IMG/VR virus record: IMGVR_UViG_3300022752_000019
Span: 32,001 to 96,000 of that record
Length of the DNA: 64,000 nt
Reading direction: 5' to 3' (one strand)
Origin: a virus
This document shows positions 46,492 through 55,271 of the stretch, in pieces; positions within the stretch are counted from its first letter, which is position 1; each line of letters begins with the position of its first letter. The position numbers and the translations under genes are program-made. The notes below the pieces were generated by a model. The model ran no database searches, was not told where the DNA came from, and worked only from the letters and a program-made list of their open reading frames with translations.

Positions 46492-47588
46492 GTGCAAACC
46501 GTGGACGTAATGGCAAGGGCGGCCCTCGCCAGAAGAAGGCCGGCTGGAGTGCCAAGTGGTCCGATGAGTTGAAGATCGGCAAAGACGAGTCGGCGTGGAT
46601 CCAGATCACGCCGGGCAAGTACGAGGGCGAGGACGGTAACCTCCAGTCCTACTACTGCGCCCCCATGTTCAAGCTCCAGTTCCAGAACAAGTTCGGAGGC
46701 ACATCCTGGGGCTACTACCGCGGCAATGGTGGCCCGGACTGCACCCTTCAGCAGTGCGCCGATTCCAAGAACCCGAATGTTGAGGAGCCCAAGTACGGCG
46801 CCCCCAATCGGTTCTTCGTGAACGTGATTCACTACGGAGTGTACGCCCGCACCCCGCTCGAAAAGGACGGCAAGCCCGTCACCTACGCGGACGGAAAGCT
46901 GAAGGGACAGCCCGTCTACATCTGGAACGAGGTCAAGACGGTCCGGGAGAAGCGGCAGCTCATCTCGAACGGAGACCCGGAGGACGTCGGCTTCTTCCGC
47001 AAGAAGTTCCTTGAGCTGCCGGCCACGCAGTTCAAGATCATCCAGGAGGTCGCCAAGAAGGCGCGCTCCATGTGCAAGTGTGGCGGCACGCTGTTCCCCT
47101 CGGTGTTTGTCTGCCCGGAGTGCGAGGGCGTTCTTCTGGACGCCTCCGAATCGGACATGACCGACGCGGAGATCGCGAACTACGGTGACCAGGACATTCG
47201 CTGCCGCCACTGCGGCTCGGTGAACTTCCCTCGCGCGGAGTACGACTGTGACTCCTGCTCGGATCCGCGTCCGCACGAGTACCATGAGGTTGCGGCGAAG
47301 ATCAAGAAGGTGACCGGCAACAACGGCTACCCCTCCCTCGCCGTGGACAACGTAGTCTCGATGCGCGACCACACCTTCGAGAACAAGAAGCCCATCGTCG
47401 AGTCCGAGAAGGAAGACGGGTCGTTCAAGTACCCGGAGGACATCGAGAACCTGATGAAGGTCCAGTACGACTTCGAGACCTACACGGCCCCGAAGACGAA
47501 TGCGGAGTACTCTGAGCTGCTTGGGCTGCGTGAAGGTGACAACGGCTTCGTGTCCAACGCGAAGCGGTACAACAACTTCCGCGGATAG
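46467..47588 (+). CDS. Putative ssDNA-binding protein with Zn-finger insert
   Basis: Between primase and polymerase; very high GC3; followed by a terminator; several CxxC pairs. Confidence 0.5.
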   Translation: MAPKTIPLSANRGRNGKGGPRQKKAGWSAKWSDELKIGKDESAWIQITPGKYEGEDGNLQSYYCAPMFKLQFQNKFGGTSWGYYRGNGGPDCTLQQCADSKNPNVEEPKYGAPNRFFVNVIHYGVYARTPLEKDGKPVTYADGKLKGQPVYIWNEVKTVREKRQLISNGDPEDVGFFRKKFLELPATQFKIIQEVAKKARSMCKCGGTLFPSVFVCPECEGVLLDASESDMTDAEIANYGDQDIRCRHCGSVNFPRAEYDCDSCSDPRPHEYHEVAAKIKKVTGNNGYPSLAVDNVVSMRDHTFENKKPIVESEKEDGSFKYPEDIENLMKVQYDFETYTAPKTNAEYSELLGLREGDNGFVSNAKRYNNFRG

Positions 47589-47595
47589 TTCATCT

Positions 47596-47626
47596 CCGAG
47601 GGGCCCCTTGTGGGCCCCTCGGTTTT
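47596..47626 (+). terminator. Intrinsic terminator
   Basis: CCGAGGGGCCC-CTTGT-GGGCCCCTCGG-TTTT. Confidence 0.75.
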
Positions 47627-47638
47627 GTGGAGAAGAAC

Positions 47639-50044
47639 ATGCGCTACAAATTCGTCGATACCCCAGAGCCACTGTACATCTCCGACAAGAAAGATGCGGA
47701 GGCCACGGCTCGCGTGATGATGAAGCTGCGTTGCGTCGGGTTTGACACTGAAACCACTGGTCTCAGCAAGACCGAGGCGCGCATCAAGTTCTTCTCCTTT
47801 GGTTTCGAGGGGAAGAGATTTTGTGCTCCCGTAAGACTTCTTCCGGTCTTTCAGCCAGTGCTGGAGGATCCTCGCATCGACAAGTGCATGACGAACGCGA
47901 AGTTCGACATGCACATGGCGGCGAATCACGGAATCGAAATCCGGGGTCACATCTTTGATACCGTAGCCATGGACTGGCTACACGATGAGAACCGCCAGGG
48001 GCGGCACGGCCTCAAGCAGTGCGCAGCCGACTACCTTGGCCTCAAGATGGCCCCCTTCACACAGGTCTTCGGGTCCGTCGGAACGACGGACAAGGAGGTG
48101 GAGACTCTGTGTCGCATGCACGATGCGTTGGAAGACAACGATGCGTCTCATGCGCTGGAGATCCTCGCCCTCATCGGCCAAGTAGACATGGATCCAGACG
48201 CTCTGGAGGACATGCAGTCCGTCTCAAAGAAGCTGGCGGCTGGCCGCAAGGATCCACTGAAGCTCTACTCGGCGGTGCAAGTCCTCAAGATCGCGCGCAA
48301 GTACGGGCTCTGTCCGACGACGCGCGGCAAGGGAGGATACATCAGCGACTTTTCTGAGCTGCTCGGACTCGGCCCCGTGCCAAAGGAAGAGCGCGAAGAG
48401 TCCGCAGAGATTCTGGGTGACACCGACGCGCTGCTTGAGGCACACGAGTACATCCTCGAGACACTCGGCAAGAAGTCCACCAGTGAGTTGCCTCCGTTGG
48501 AGATGATTCGGCTCATGGTCGGAGACTATGCGTCTCTCGACGCCTGGGCGACATTCAAGCTTGTTGAGGAGCTGGAAGACAGGCTGTCGAGCGAAGACTT
48601 GCAGCCAGGAATCACACTCCTGGACTACTACAACTCCACAACTGCGGTCTTGGTTCGCATCCTGTGGATGATGGAGCGGCGCGGCTTCCAGCTTGACGTG
48701 GATGAGATCAACAAGCTCTCCCGTCCAATGCAGGCCGATATTTCGCGTCTCGAACGAGAGTTCGTGTCGATGGCGGGATGGGAAGTCAACCCGAACAGTC
48801 CAGCACAGTTGGTGGACCTGTTCTTCACGAAGAAAGGCAACCAATGGGTAGACCCCTTTGGGATGCCCCCGAGGAAGATGTCCTCGGGGGGTTCATCTGG
48901 AGTGAAGAAGCCCTCAATCTCGAAAGAGGTGATCGAGGACTGGGCCGAGAGGGGCGACCCTCGTGCGAAGATCCTTCAGGAGCACCGAGTGCTCCAGAAG
49001 CTTCACAGTACCTACATCGAGGCGTTGCCGCGCACGGTGGACGCACGGAGACGCATTCACACAGACCTAAAGGTCGCCGGAACGGTCACCGGGCGTCTGT
49101 CATCCGGAGAACCAAATCTACAGAACATCCCGGCGCGTGGTGATTGGGGACGCAGGATTCGGGAGTTCTTTGTTGCCGGCTTCTGGGGGTCTTGTGATCC
49201 TTGGTGCCTGCCAGAGGTAGAAGGAGTCCCGCTGCCGAAGTTTGCGCGAGATCAGCCCATGCGGCTAATCGTCGCGGACTATGAGCAGCTCGAGATGCGC
49301 ATCATGGCGCATATGAGTGGCGATCCAGTGATGATCGACACGATCAAGAGCGGGAAAGACCTCCACTCCATGACCGGAGCGTTGGCCGTCGGCGCCGACT
49401 ACGACGAGATTACCAAGGCGAAGAAGGCCGACAAGCCGACTCCCGACCAACTCAAGCTTCTCGAGCTTCGTAGTCAGATGAAGGCAGTCGGCTTCGGCTT
49501 GCTGTACGGCATCGGAGCTAAGAAGCTGGGAGGGCAGCTTGGGCTCAAGATGGTCAAGAAGTATGGCCGAAATGGGCAGGTCTACGATACTTGCCCGGAG
49601 GCCGAGGCACTGATCGAGAAGTACTTCTCGATCTACCCGAAGGTCGCAGAGTTCATCGAGGACACTCACTATGAGTGCGAAGAGAACCTGTATGTCTGCA
49701 CGATTCTGGGAAGGTATCGGCGGCTGCCAGATATCTTGTCAAAGGACCGTGGGTTGGCGATGCAGGCGCAGCGCCAGTCGGTTAACTCCAGAATTCAAGG
49801 TTCTGCCGCAGACATCGCCAATCAGGCGATGATTAACTGCGAGATGAGTAAGACCCTGCGCAAGCTCGGGGTGCGGATGCTGATGCAGATCCATGACGAG
49901 CTTGTATTTGAGGCCCCCGACATTCCAGAGATCATTGAGGAAGCCAAGCCGGAGATTCGCAGGTGCATGGAGAACCCCTTCCCAATGGACGTCCCCATCC
50001 TCATCTCGATGGATGACGCCCACTCCTGGGGAGAGGCCAAGTGA
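47639..50044 (+). CDS. polA: DNA polymerase family A (3'-5' exonuclease + polymerase)
   Basis: FDTETTG; TGRLSS..PNLQNIP; ADYEQLEMR; K..GFG..YG; QGSAAD; QIHDEL. Confidence 0.95.
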   Translation: MRYKFVDTPEPLYISDKKDAEATARVMMKLRCVGFDTETTGLSKTEARIKFFSFGFEGKRFCAPVRLLPVFQPVLEDPRIDKCMTNAKFDMHMAANHGIEIRGHIFDTVAMDWLHDENRQGRHGLKQCAADYLGLKMAPFTQVFGSVGTTDKEVETLCRMHDALEDNDASHALEILALIGQVDMDPDALEDMQSVSKKLAAGRKDPLKLYSAVQVLKIARKYGLCPTTRGKGGYISDFSELLGLGPVPKEEREESAEILGDTDALLEAHEYILETLGKKSTSELPPLEMIRLMVGDYASLDAWATFKLVEELEDRLSSEDLQPGITLLDYYNSTTAVLVRILWMMERRGFQLDVDEINKLSRPMQADISRLEREFVSMAGWEVNPNSPAQLVDLFFTKKGNQWVDPFGMPPRKMSSGGSSGVKKPSISKEVIEDWAERGDPRAKILQEHRVLQKLHSTYIEALPRTVDARRRIHTDLKVAGTVTGRLSSGEPNLQNIPARGDWGRRIREFFVAGFWGSCDPWCLPEVEGVPLPKFARDQPMRLIVADYEQLEMRIMAHMSGDPVMIDTIKSGKDLHSMTGALAVGADYDEITKAKKADKPTPDQLKLLELRSQMKAVGFGLLYGIGAKKLGGQLGLKMVKKYGRNGQVYDTCPEAEALIEKYFSIYPKVAEFIEDTHYECEENLYVCTILGRYRRLPDILSKDRGLAMQAQRQSVNSRIQGSAADIANQAMINCEMSKTLRKLGVRMLMQIHDELVFEAPDIPEIIEEAKPEIRRCMENPFPMDVPILISMDDAHSWGEAK

Positions 50045-50358
50045 ACCAGGCAGAGATGGAGAAGGAGATCGCCAAGAGAACTGGGCTGCCACTTCCCGCA
50101 GTTCAATTGGTGATCACCTCGCTCAAGGACGTAATGTCCGAAAGCCTCGGAAGGCAGCAAGATGTTGTCTTCCGAGGGCTCTTCCGGATCACAAGCACCA
50201 TTCGAGAGATCAGCTCCTTCCAGACTCGCGTTGGAGTAGACGAGCCTAAGAGGCAGACAGCGTATAAACTGGTTCTGGGAATCCACCCCGTCAAAGCGTT
50301 TCGCTCGGAGTTGAACCAATGGACAAGTACGCTGTCGTCCTCGACGACCAACACGTAA
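50041..50358 (+). CDS. HU/IHF-like DNA-binding protein
   Basis: MNQAEMEKEIAKRTGL...V.FRGLFRI pattern. Confidence 0.65.
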   Translation: MNQAEMEKEIAKRTGLPLPAVQLVITSLKDVMSESLGRQQDVVFRGLFRITSTIREISSFQTRVGVDEPKRQTAYKLVLGIHPVKAFRSELNQWTSTLSSSTTNT

Positions 50359-50510
50359 AGACCGCGATGGAAGGGCCGGGCTCGTGCCCTTCCTGCGGAT
50401 CACGCAAGGTTGACACGCGGGGACTCACCCCGATGTGTCCGAACTGTGGCACTCGCCCCTGGGAAAAGAATGCCTCCTCGCAAAGCAGCAACCGCCGAAG
50501 CGCCCGCTAA
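50319..50510 (+). CDS. Small Zn-ribbon protein
   Basis: SD GGAG; CPSCG...CPNCG. Confidence 0.55.
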   Translation: MDKYAVVLDDQHVKTAMEGPGSCPSCGSRKVDTRGLTPMCPNCGTRPWEKNASSQSSNRRSAR

Positions 50511-51627
50511 TGGCGCCACCGCCGTCATCAACAAGCTGAAGAGCAAGTACCCCGGCAAGGTGTTCACCGCCGGGGAGTACACGATGCCCTGGAAGATGAA
50601 GCGCCTGCCGACGGGCGTCCTCGATCTCGACATCGCCCTGGGTGGCGGGCTGCCTGCCGGCGGCATGACGTTCCTGACCGGCAAGCAGGGAGTGGGGAAG
50701 AACTGGATGGTCAATCAGATCATCCGTCTTCACCAGGAGCGTCACGGCGCAAAGACCTCGGTCGCGGTAGTCTCGACTGAGATGGTGTACGACAAGGAGT
50801 ACGCGCGTCTTTGCGGCGTGAAGGTCTCCATGTCGGACCTTGAGATTGCAGAGCTTCGGGAGCAGTACGAGGCTCACGACGAACCGTGGCCTGCCGAGTA
50901 CGAGGCAGAGCTTCGGGAACAGGTCGGAGAGTTCGTCACTGTTCCTCCGTCCTTGGCCGAGGAGTCGCTCCAGATTGCGATTGACCTGATTGCCAGCCGC
51001 GAGTTCGACATCGTCGTCATTGACTCGTTTGGGTCACTCCTCACGGAGCACGATGATGAGTCAGAGCTTGCGGAGGCCAACCGTGTTGGAGGCGCTGCCC
51101 TCTTGAACACCAAGTTCGCGCGCAAGCTCAATGCGGCCCTTGGCCCGGATGAGTCGGGCAACCCGAACCTCACCTGCGTCATCGGTATCAACCAGGTTCG
51201 GGACAACACCGACCGCGCGAACAAGTACTCTCCCAAGACCATCGAGGCTGGTGGCTGGGCTCTCAAGCACGCGCGGTGGGTCACCATTGAGTTCTCCCCG
51301 CAGGCGAAGGTTCGTGACGGCGACCTGACCGTAGGTAAGACGGTTCGGTGGGAGATCACCAAGCAGAAGGCGGGCGGGCACGAGGGAGCCTCCGGCTCCT
51401 ACGACTACCTCTTCAAGTACACGGGCATCAACCGCGTCCAGCACTCCATCGCCGTTGCGGCGGACTACGGTGTCGTGACGCGGAAGGGCGCATGGTACAG
51501 CTACAACGGTGACCAGATCGGACAAGGTCTCGAAGGGGCCGCCAAGTTTATTGTGGAGAACGACCTTCTTCAGACGATTGAGGATGCCACCCTCAAGGCA
51601 GCGAACATCCGCTGCTCGTACGGGTGA
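50470..51627 (+). CDS. recA: RecA-like recombinase
   Basis: PTG...LDIALGGGLP.G; GKQGVGK; VVIDS; INQVR; GGWALKH; KGAWYSY.G. Confidence 0.92.
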   Translation: MPPRKAATAEAPANGATAVINKLKSKYPGKVFTAGEYTMPWKMKRLPTGVLDLDIALGGGLPAGGMTFLTGKQGVGKNWMVNQIIRLHQERHGAKTSVAVVSTEMVYDKEYARLCGVKVSMSDLEIAELREQYEAHDEPWPAEYEAELREQVGEFVTVPPSLAEESLQIAIDLIASREFDIVVIDSFGSLLTEHDDESELAEANRVGGAALLNTKFARKLNAALGPDESGNPNLTCVIGINQVRDNTDRANKYSPKTIEAGGWALKHARWVTIEFSPQAKVRDGDLTVGKTVRWEITKQKAGGHEGASGSYDYLFKYTGINRVQHSIAVAADYGVVTRKGAWYSYNGDQIGQGLEGAAKFIVENDLLQTIEDATLKAANIRCSYG

Positions 51628-52088
51628 GTAAGAGACCGACCTGCCCGCACTGTGGCGGAATCACACTGGCCCCGTGGTCGCTTGGAAAGATCCGTTGCCG
51701 TACTTGCGGCCGGGCTTTCCAGCGCCACGAGGTTCAGTCTGAGGAGTACGTTCCTCAGAATCCGCGCGGAAGCAGGAGCACGCGAGTGCAGGCTGAGAAG
51801 CAGGAAAGGCGAGTCGCGCGAGACCTCGGCGCTCGTCAAACCATTGCGTCCGGACAGACTCCCGTCGACAAGGCCGACGTAAAGTCGGACCTTCTTCGAG
51901 TGGAGTGCAAATACACGGATAACAAGTCATACTCTTTAAAGGTGGAGGACTTAGTCAAGGTCGCATCACAGGCGACAGGGGATCAAATCCCCTTGTTCTA
52001 TGTTGAATTCCGGGCAAACGGAGAAGCCTACTACGTCGTCCCGGAACATTGGTTCCTGCTGCTCTTGGAGAAGTTCAAAGATGATTAG
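51624..52088 (+). CDS. Hjc-like Holliday junction resolvase with N-terminal Zn ribbon
   Basis: QERRVA...ASG...ADV...VECK PD-(D/E)xK pattern. Confidence 0.7.
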   Translation: MSKRPTCPHCGGITLAPWSLGKIRCRTCGRAFQRHEVQSEEYVPQNPRGSRSTRVQAEKQERRVARDLGARQTIASGQTPVDKADVKSDLLRVECKYTDNKSYSLKVEDLVKVASQATGDQIPLFYVEFRANGEAYYVVPEHWFLLLLEKFKDD

Positions 52089-52893
52089 AACAATCAAGGA
52101 TCTTGAGGGCCTCGACGCAAAAGAGATCGAGGCAGCGCGCTCGGCCATCAACATGCGTGGCCTGTATTACATGGGCGTCAAGCGCCTGGGTACGCAGCAA
52201 GGCATGACCCTCGATCAGTACACGGAGTGGAAGGCTCTGCCCGCAGCCGAGCCCTGTCGGGCTTGCCACGGCACGGGACTCTGGAAGAGTCCGGAAAGGA
52301 GCGTGGGCACCATTCACGCAAGTTCTTCTGCGTCGTGTGTGCGAAGGCTGTACTACGACGTGGACGGCTCTCTTCAGCCGAAGTCGAACATAAGCCCGGA
52401 GCTTCAGATTACCTTTGCGATGGGTCACGCGATTCACGATGTCGTGCAGAGGGCCCTTCACAAGGCGCTGCCTGGCAAGTTCCAGGACGAGATGACCGTC
52501 GACTTGGATGAGGCGATGGTCCTTGGGAGCCACACGGACGGCGTTGCCGAGCTTGAGCACGCGCGTGTTCTGATTGAGATCAAGTCGATTGGCAAGGAGT
52601 TCGACACGCTCACGAAGCCAAAGGACGAGCACATCACGCAGGCGGTTGCGATCTACGCCAAGGCGCTCGACGTCCCGTTCATCAGCTTCCTGTACGTGTC
52701 CAAGTCCTGGCCCCACAACGTGAAGGAGTTCGTCATGGTGTATGACGAGAAGTACTTCAAGCGGTGGTGGAAGAGCAAGGGCAGCGTCGTGGACATGGCA
52801 CTCGAAACTGGAGAGCCTCCGATTGCGGACGCATCAAAGGACGACTGCTCCATGTGTCCATATTCCTACTGCTGCCCGCAGGTTCTGAGGTAG
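52081..52893 (+). CDS. Cas4-like PD-(D/E)xK exonuclease
   Basis: ASS..SC.R..YY; G...H; HTDG; IEIKS; Q...Y; CSMCPY...C. Confidence 0.8.
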   Translation: MIRTIKDLEGLDAKEIEAARSAINMRGLYYMGVKRLGTQQGMTLDQYTEWKALPAAEPCRACHGTGLWKSPERSVGTIHASSSASCVRRLYYDVDGSLQPKSNISPELQITFAMGHAIHDVVQRALHKALPGKFQDEMTVDLDEAMVLGSHTDGVAELEHARVLIEIKSIGKEFDTLTKPKDEHITQAVAIYAKALDVPFISFLYVSKSWPHNVKEFVMVYDEKYFKRWWKSKGSVVDMALETGEPPIADASKDDCSMCPYSYCCPQVLR

Positions 52894-52896
52894 AGC

Positions 52897-53445
52897 ATGA
52901 GCAAGAGAGCACCCACTGACTTCACCGTCACTCTCGAGGAGGGAGAGGAGATGTACTCGGGGGCCAGTGAGCGCGCCCTCGAGCGCATCGAGAAGCTCGG
53001 TCTTGAGATTCCGCAGAGGCCCGTTGACTCGGACGGCAACCCGTTCGACGGCAGGCTGCCATCGAACGTGGCGGACTTTACGACGCGCGAATTAGCAGAG
53101 ATCTACACGTTGATGTGCAACTATGCAGACTACCTTGAGAACGTCTGCACAGTCGCACGCGCAGAGTCTCTCAACTGCGAGCGGCGCCTGAAGCTGACCA
53201 AGGCACTTGTCCGTAAGGGCAAGCCTGGGACGGCCCAGGAGAAGGATGACCTCTGCTTGGCAGACGTCCGCTACATCGAAGCCGATGTGGCGTTTGTCGA
53301 AGCAGCGACCTACCTCGAGCTGCTTGAGGGGCTGTCCAAGGCTGCGTCTCGGGACCGCCAGGTCCTCTCTCGTCTCATCGAGACGAAGAAAATGGAGATC
53401 GACAACAAGCGGAGAGACCACAACGCGAGGAGCTACCGTGTCTGA
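52897..53445 (+). CDS. Hypothetical helical protein
   Basis: 182 aa in-operon ORF. Confidence 0.65.
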   Translation: MSKRAPTDFTVTLEEGEEMYSGASERALERIEKLGLEIPQRPVDSDGNPFDGRLPSNVADFTTRELAEIYTLMCNYADYLENVCTVARAESLNCERRLKLTKALVRKGKPGTAQEKDDLCLADVRYIEADVAFVEAATYLELLEGLSKAASRDRQVLSRLIETKKMEIDNKRRDHNARSYRV

Positions 53446-53899
53446 TGTACTGGAACTCGACGTCCCGTTCCTGCCTCCCTCAGAGAACAGGATCCGCGTG
53501 CATCGCCGGCAAGGAGGACAGGTCTACAGCAAGGAGGCCCGAGACTTTCAGACCCTCTTTGGGCAGCACGTCCTTCGGCAGCACTTCAACGACATCGCAT
53601 CGTTCGTAGCGGAGCATCGACACACGCACATCTACTCGGTCTCAATGAAGTTTCGCTTCGAGACCCTGGTGAACGCGGGCTGGGTTAAAAACAAGGCCAA
53701 AACGCTCTATAAGAAAACTGACGTGGGAAATCGTCGTAAGTTGATCGAGGACTGTCTTTCGAGCGCACTTGGTGTGATCGATGACTCCCTCTTCTTCGAC
53801 CTCCGTCTCACGAAGGTGATGTCTCCTGATCCCGGAGTGGAAATTGTTCTTCAACGGGTCCGAGACGTAGAGACGTTTGGACTTCCCCATGTCGGATGA
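53438..53899 (+). CDS. RusA-like resolvase
   Basis: GTG start; PPSEN...DVGN..K...D.L....DD. Confidence 0.65.
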   Translation: MSDVLELDVPFLPPSENRIRVHRRQGGQVYSKEARDFQTLFGQHVLRQHFNDIASFVAEHRHTHIYSVSMKFRFETLVNAGWVKNKAKTLYKKTDVGNRRKLIEDCLSSALGVIDDSLFFDLRLTKVMSPDPGVEIVLQRVRDVETFGLPHVG

Positions 53900-54182
53900 A
53901 TACAACAAATCCGAGCTCATTGAGCTCTTGCGCGAAGAAGGTCACGGGAATATAAGTCGTGCAAATGGCATCCCGAGACTGATTGACACGCTGGAAGGAG
54001 AGGCCAAAGCGGTCGCATGCCCTTTGGAGGAACGACGGCGCGCGATGGAGAAACACATCGAGCGTAACTGGCGGCGCATCCGCACCCAGTTGCCTCGGTG
54101 CAACGGCAAATGCACGAAATTTGGATGTCCAGACGCCATCGTCATTGGCTGCTGGCTCAGATTCAAGGACGAGATGATATGA
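53889..54182 (+). CDS. Small Cys-containing hypothetical protein
   Basis: C.GKC..FGC.....C. Confidence 0.6.
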   Translation: MSDEYNKSELIELLREEGHGNISRANGIPRLIDTLEGEAKAVACPLEERRRAMEKHIERNWRRIRTQLPRCNGKCTKFGCPDAIVIGCWLRFKDEMI

Positions 54183-55099
54183 CCTGGGAGCCTTGCGTCA
54201 CCTGCGCACGGCTGACCAGGTGCACAGAGGTCGACCACAATCTCCTTGAAGAAGGAGGGGGTTGCTCTCTTCACGAGCCTGTGCACGAGGGTGTTACACG
54301 CGCCCGCCTTCGTGTCATTGACGAATTCGGCGCAGTAGCCATACCAACCAAGAAGAACTTAAAGGACGGAATCATCACGATGGCTGGTTCTCTCTCCGCA
54401 ACGGCGGCAAGCAAGCGCAATCTCCGTGCCCTCGGCAAGACCCTGGGCGTCATTCCGCGCGGAGGCGCTTCATTCAAGCTCTCGGCCGAGGAGCTGTGCG
54501 CGATGATCAAGGAGAGCGGCGATCCTCGCTTCGCCGCGCTCGAGAAGATGACGGACGAGGAAGTGGACGCCCTCACCACCGAACTTGGCGGTGGTGAGGA
54601 AGGTGAGGAGGCCGCGGCCCCCGCTGCGAAGCCCGAGCCGGCCAAGCCGGCGCCGGCTGCGGCCAAGCCCGCTCCTGCCCCGAAAGCGGCGGCCAAGCCC
54701 GCGGCCAAGCCGGCTCCGGTCGAAGAAGAGGAGGTCGAGGAGGAAGAGGAGCCTGCTCCCAAGCGTCCGGTGCGTCAGCCGGTTCGCACGGCCGAGCCGA
54801 CCGAGCCCGCGCGTCAGCCCGATGCTGGCGTGCGTCGTCCGGTTCCTCGTCAGGTGGCAACTCCGGCTGCCGCTTCGGCAGGCGCTCCCTCGGCAGACCT
54901 CTCCGAGCTGCGTGAGATGGTTCTCCTCATCGGCAAGACGGGCGACGCCCGCGATGTCGTGCTGAAGAAGCTCTCGGCCGCAGTCGAGAACCTCACCGAG
55001 AAGATCGAGGCGATCGACGGCTACCTCGCCTTCCGCTACTCGGAGGAGGCAGGACCGGGAAACGAGATCAAGTCGCTGACCGAGGTCAGTTGGCGGTAG
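54179..55099 (+). CDS. Hypothetical protein with Ala/Pro/Glu/Lys low-complexity linker
   Basis: ATGA coupling at 54179; possible internal start at 54380; AKPAPA repeats. Confidence 0.65.
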   Translation: MTWEPCVTCARLTRCTEVDHNLLEEGGGCSLHEPVHEGVTRARLRVIDEFGAVAIPTKKNLKDGIITMAGSLSATAASKRNLRALGKTLGVIPRGGASFKLSAEELCAMIKESGDPRFAALEKMTDEEVDALTTELGGGEEGEEAAAPAAKPEPAKPAPAAAKPAPAPKAAAKPAAKPAPVEEEEVEEEEEPAPKRPVRQPVRTAEPTEPARQPDAGVRRPVPRQVATPAAASAGAPSADLSELREMVLLIGKTGDARDVVLKKLSAAVENLTEKIEAIDGYLAFRYSEEAGPGNEIKSLTEVSWR

Positions 55100-55236
55100 T
55101 CGAGATTCTCGAGGATCGACTGGAGTCAATGGGGCTTCAGGAGATCTTCGAGATCCTCATGGCTGGCGGATATCGCGTCGATAAGAAGGCGACTCTTGAG
55201 GAGATGAAGCGCCTTCTCATCAGCCTGACTGCCTGA
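55090..55236 (+). CDS. 48-aa hypothetical protein (not in the ORF track)
   Basis: SD GAGGT + TTG; MAVVEILEDRLESMGLQEIFEILMAGGYRVDKKATLEEMKRLLISLTA; ends just before the terminator. Confidence 0.55.
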   Translation: MAVVEILEDRLESMGLQEIFEILMAGGYRVDKKATLEEMKRLLISLTA

Positions 55237-55239
55237 CCT

Positions 55240-55271
55240 GGGCCCCCTCGAGAGAGGGGGCCCTTCTTTTT
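55240..55271 (+). terminator. Intrinsic terminator ending the replication operon
   Basis: GGGCCCCCTC-GAGA-GAGGGGGCCC-TTCTTTTT. Confidence 0.85.

Noticed and set aside
46389-47672. 427-aa minus-strand ORF, and similar long antisense ORFs such as 5873..6793 and 57874..58872
   Set aside because: Shadow ORFs expected opposite high-GC3 genes.
52081-52893. Cas4-like gene as evidence of a CRISPR-Cas system
   Set aside because: No repeat-spacer array or other cas gene seen; stand-alone Cas4-like nucleases are common in phage replication modules.
54610-54760. GCCAAGCC repeats
   Set aside because: Encode the AKPAPA low-complexity linker; not a DNA-level array.
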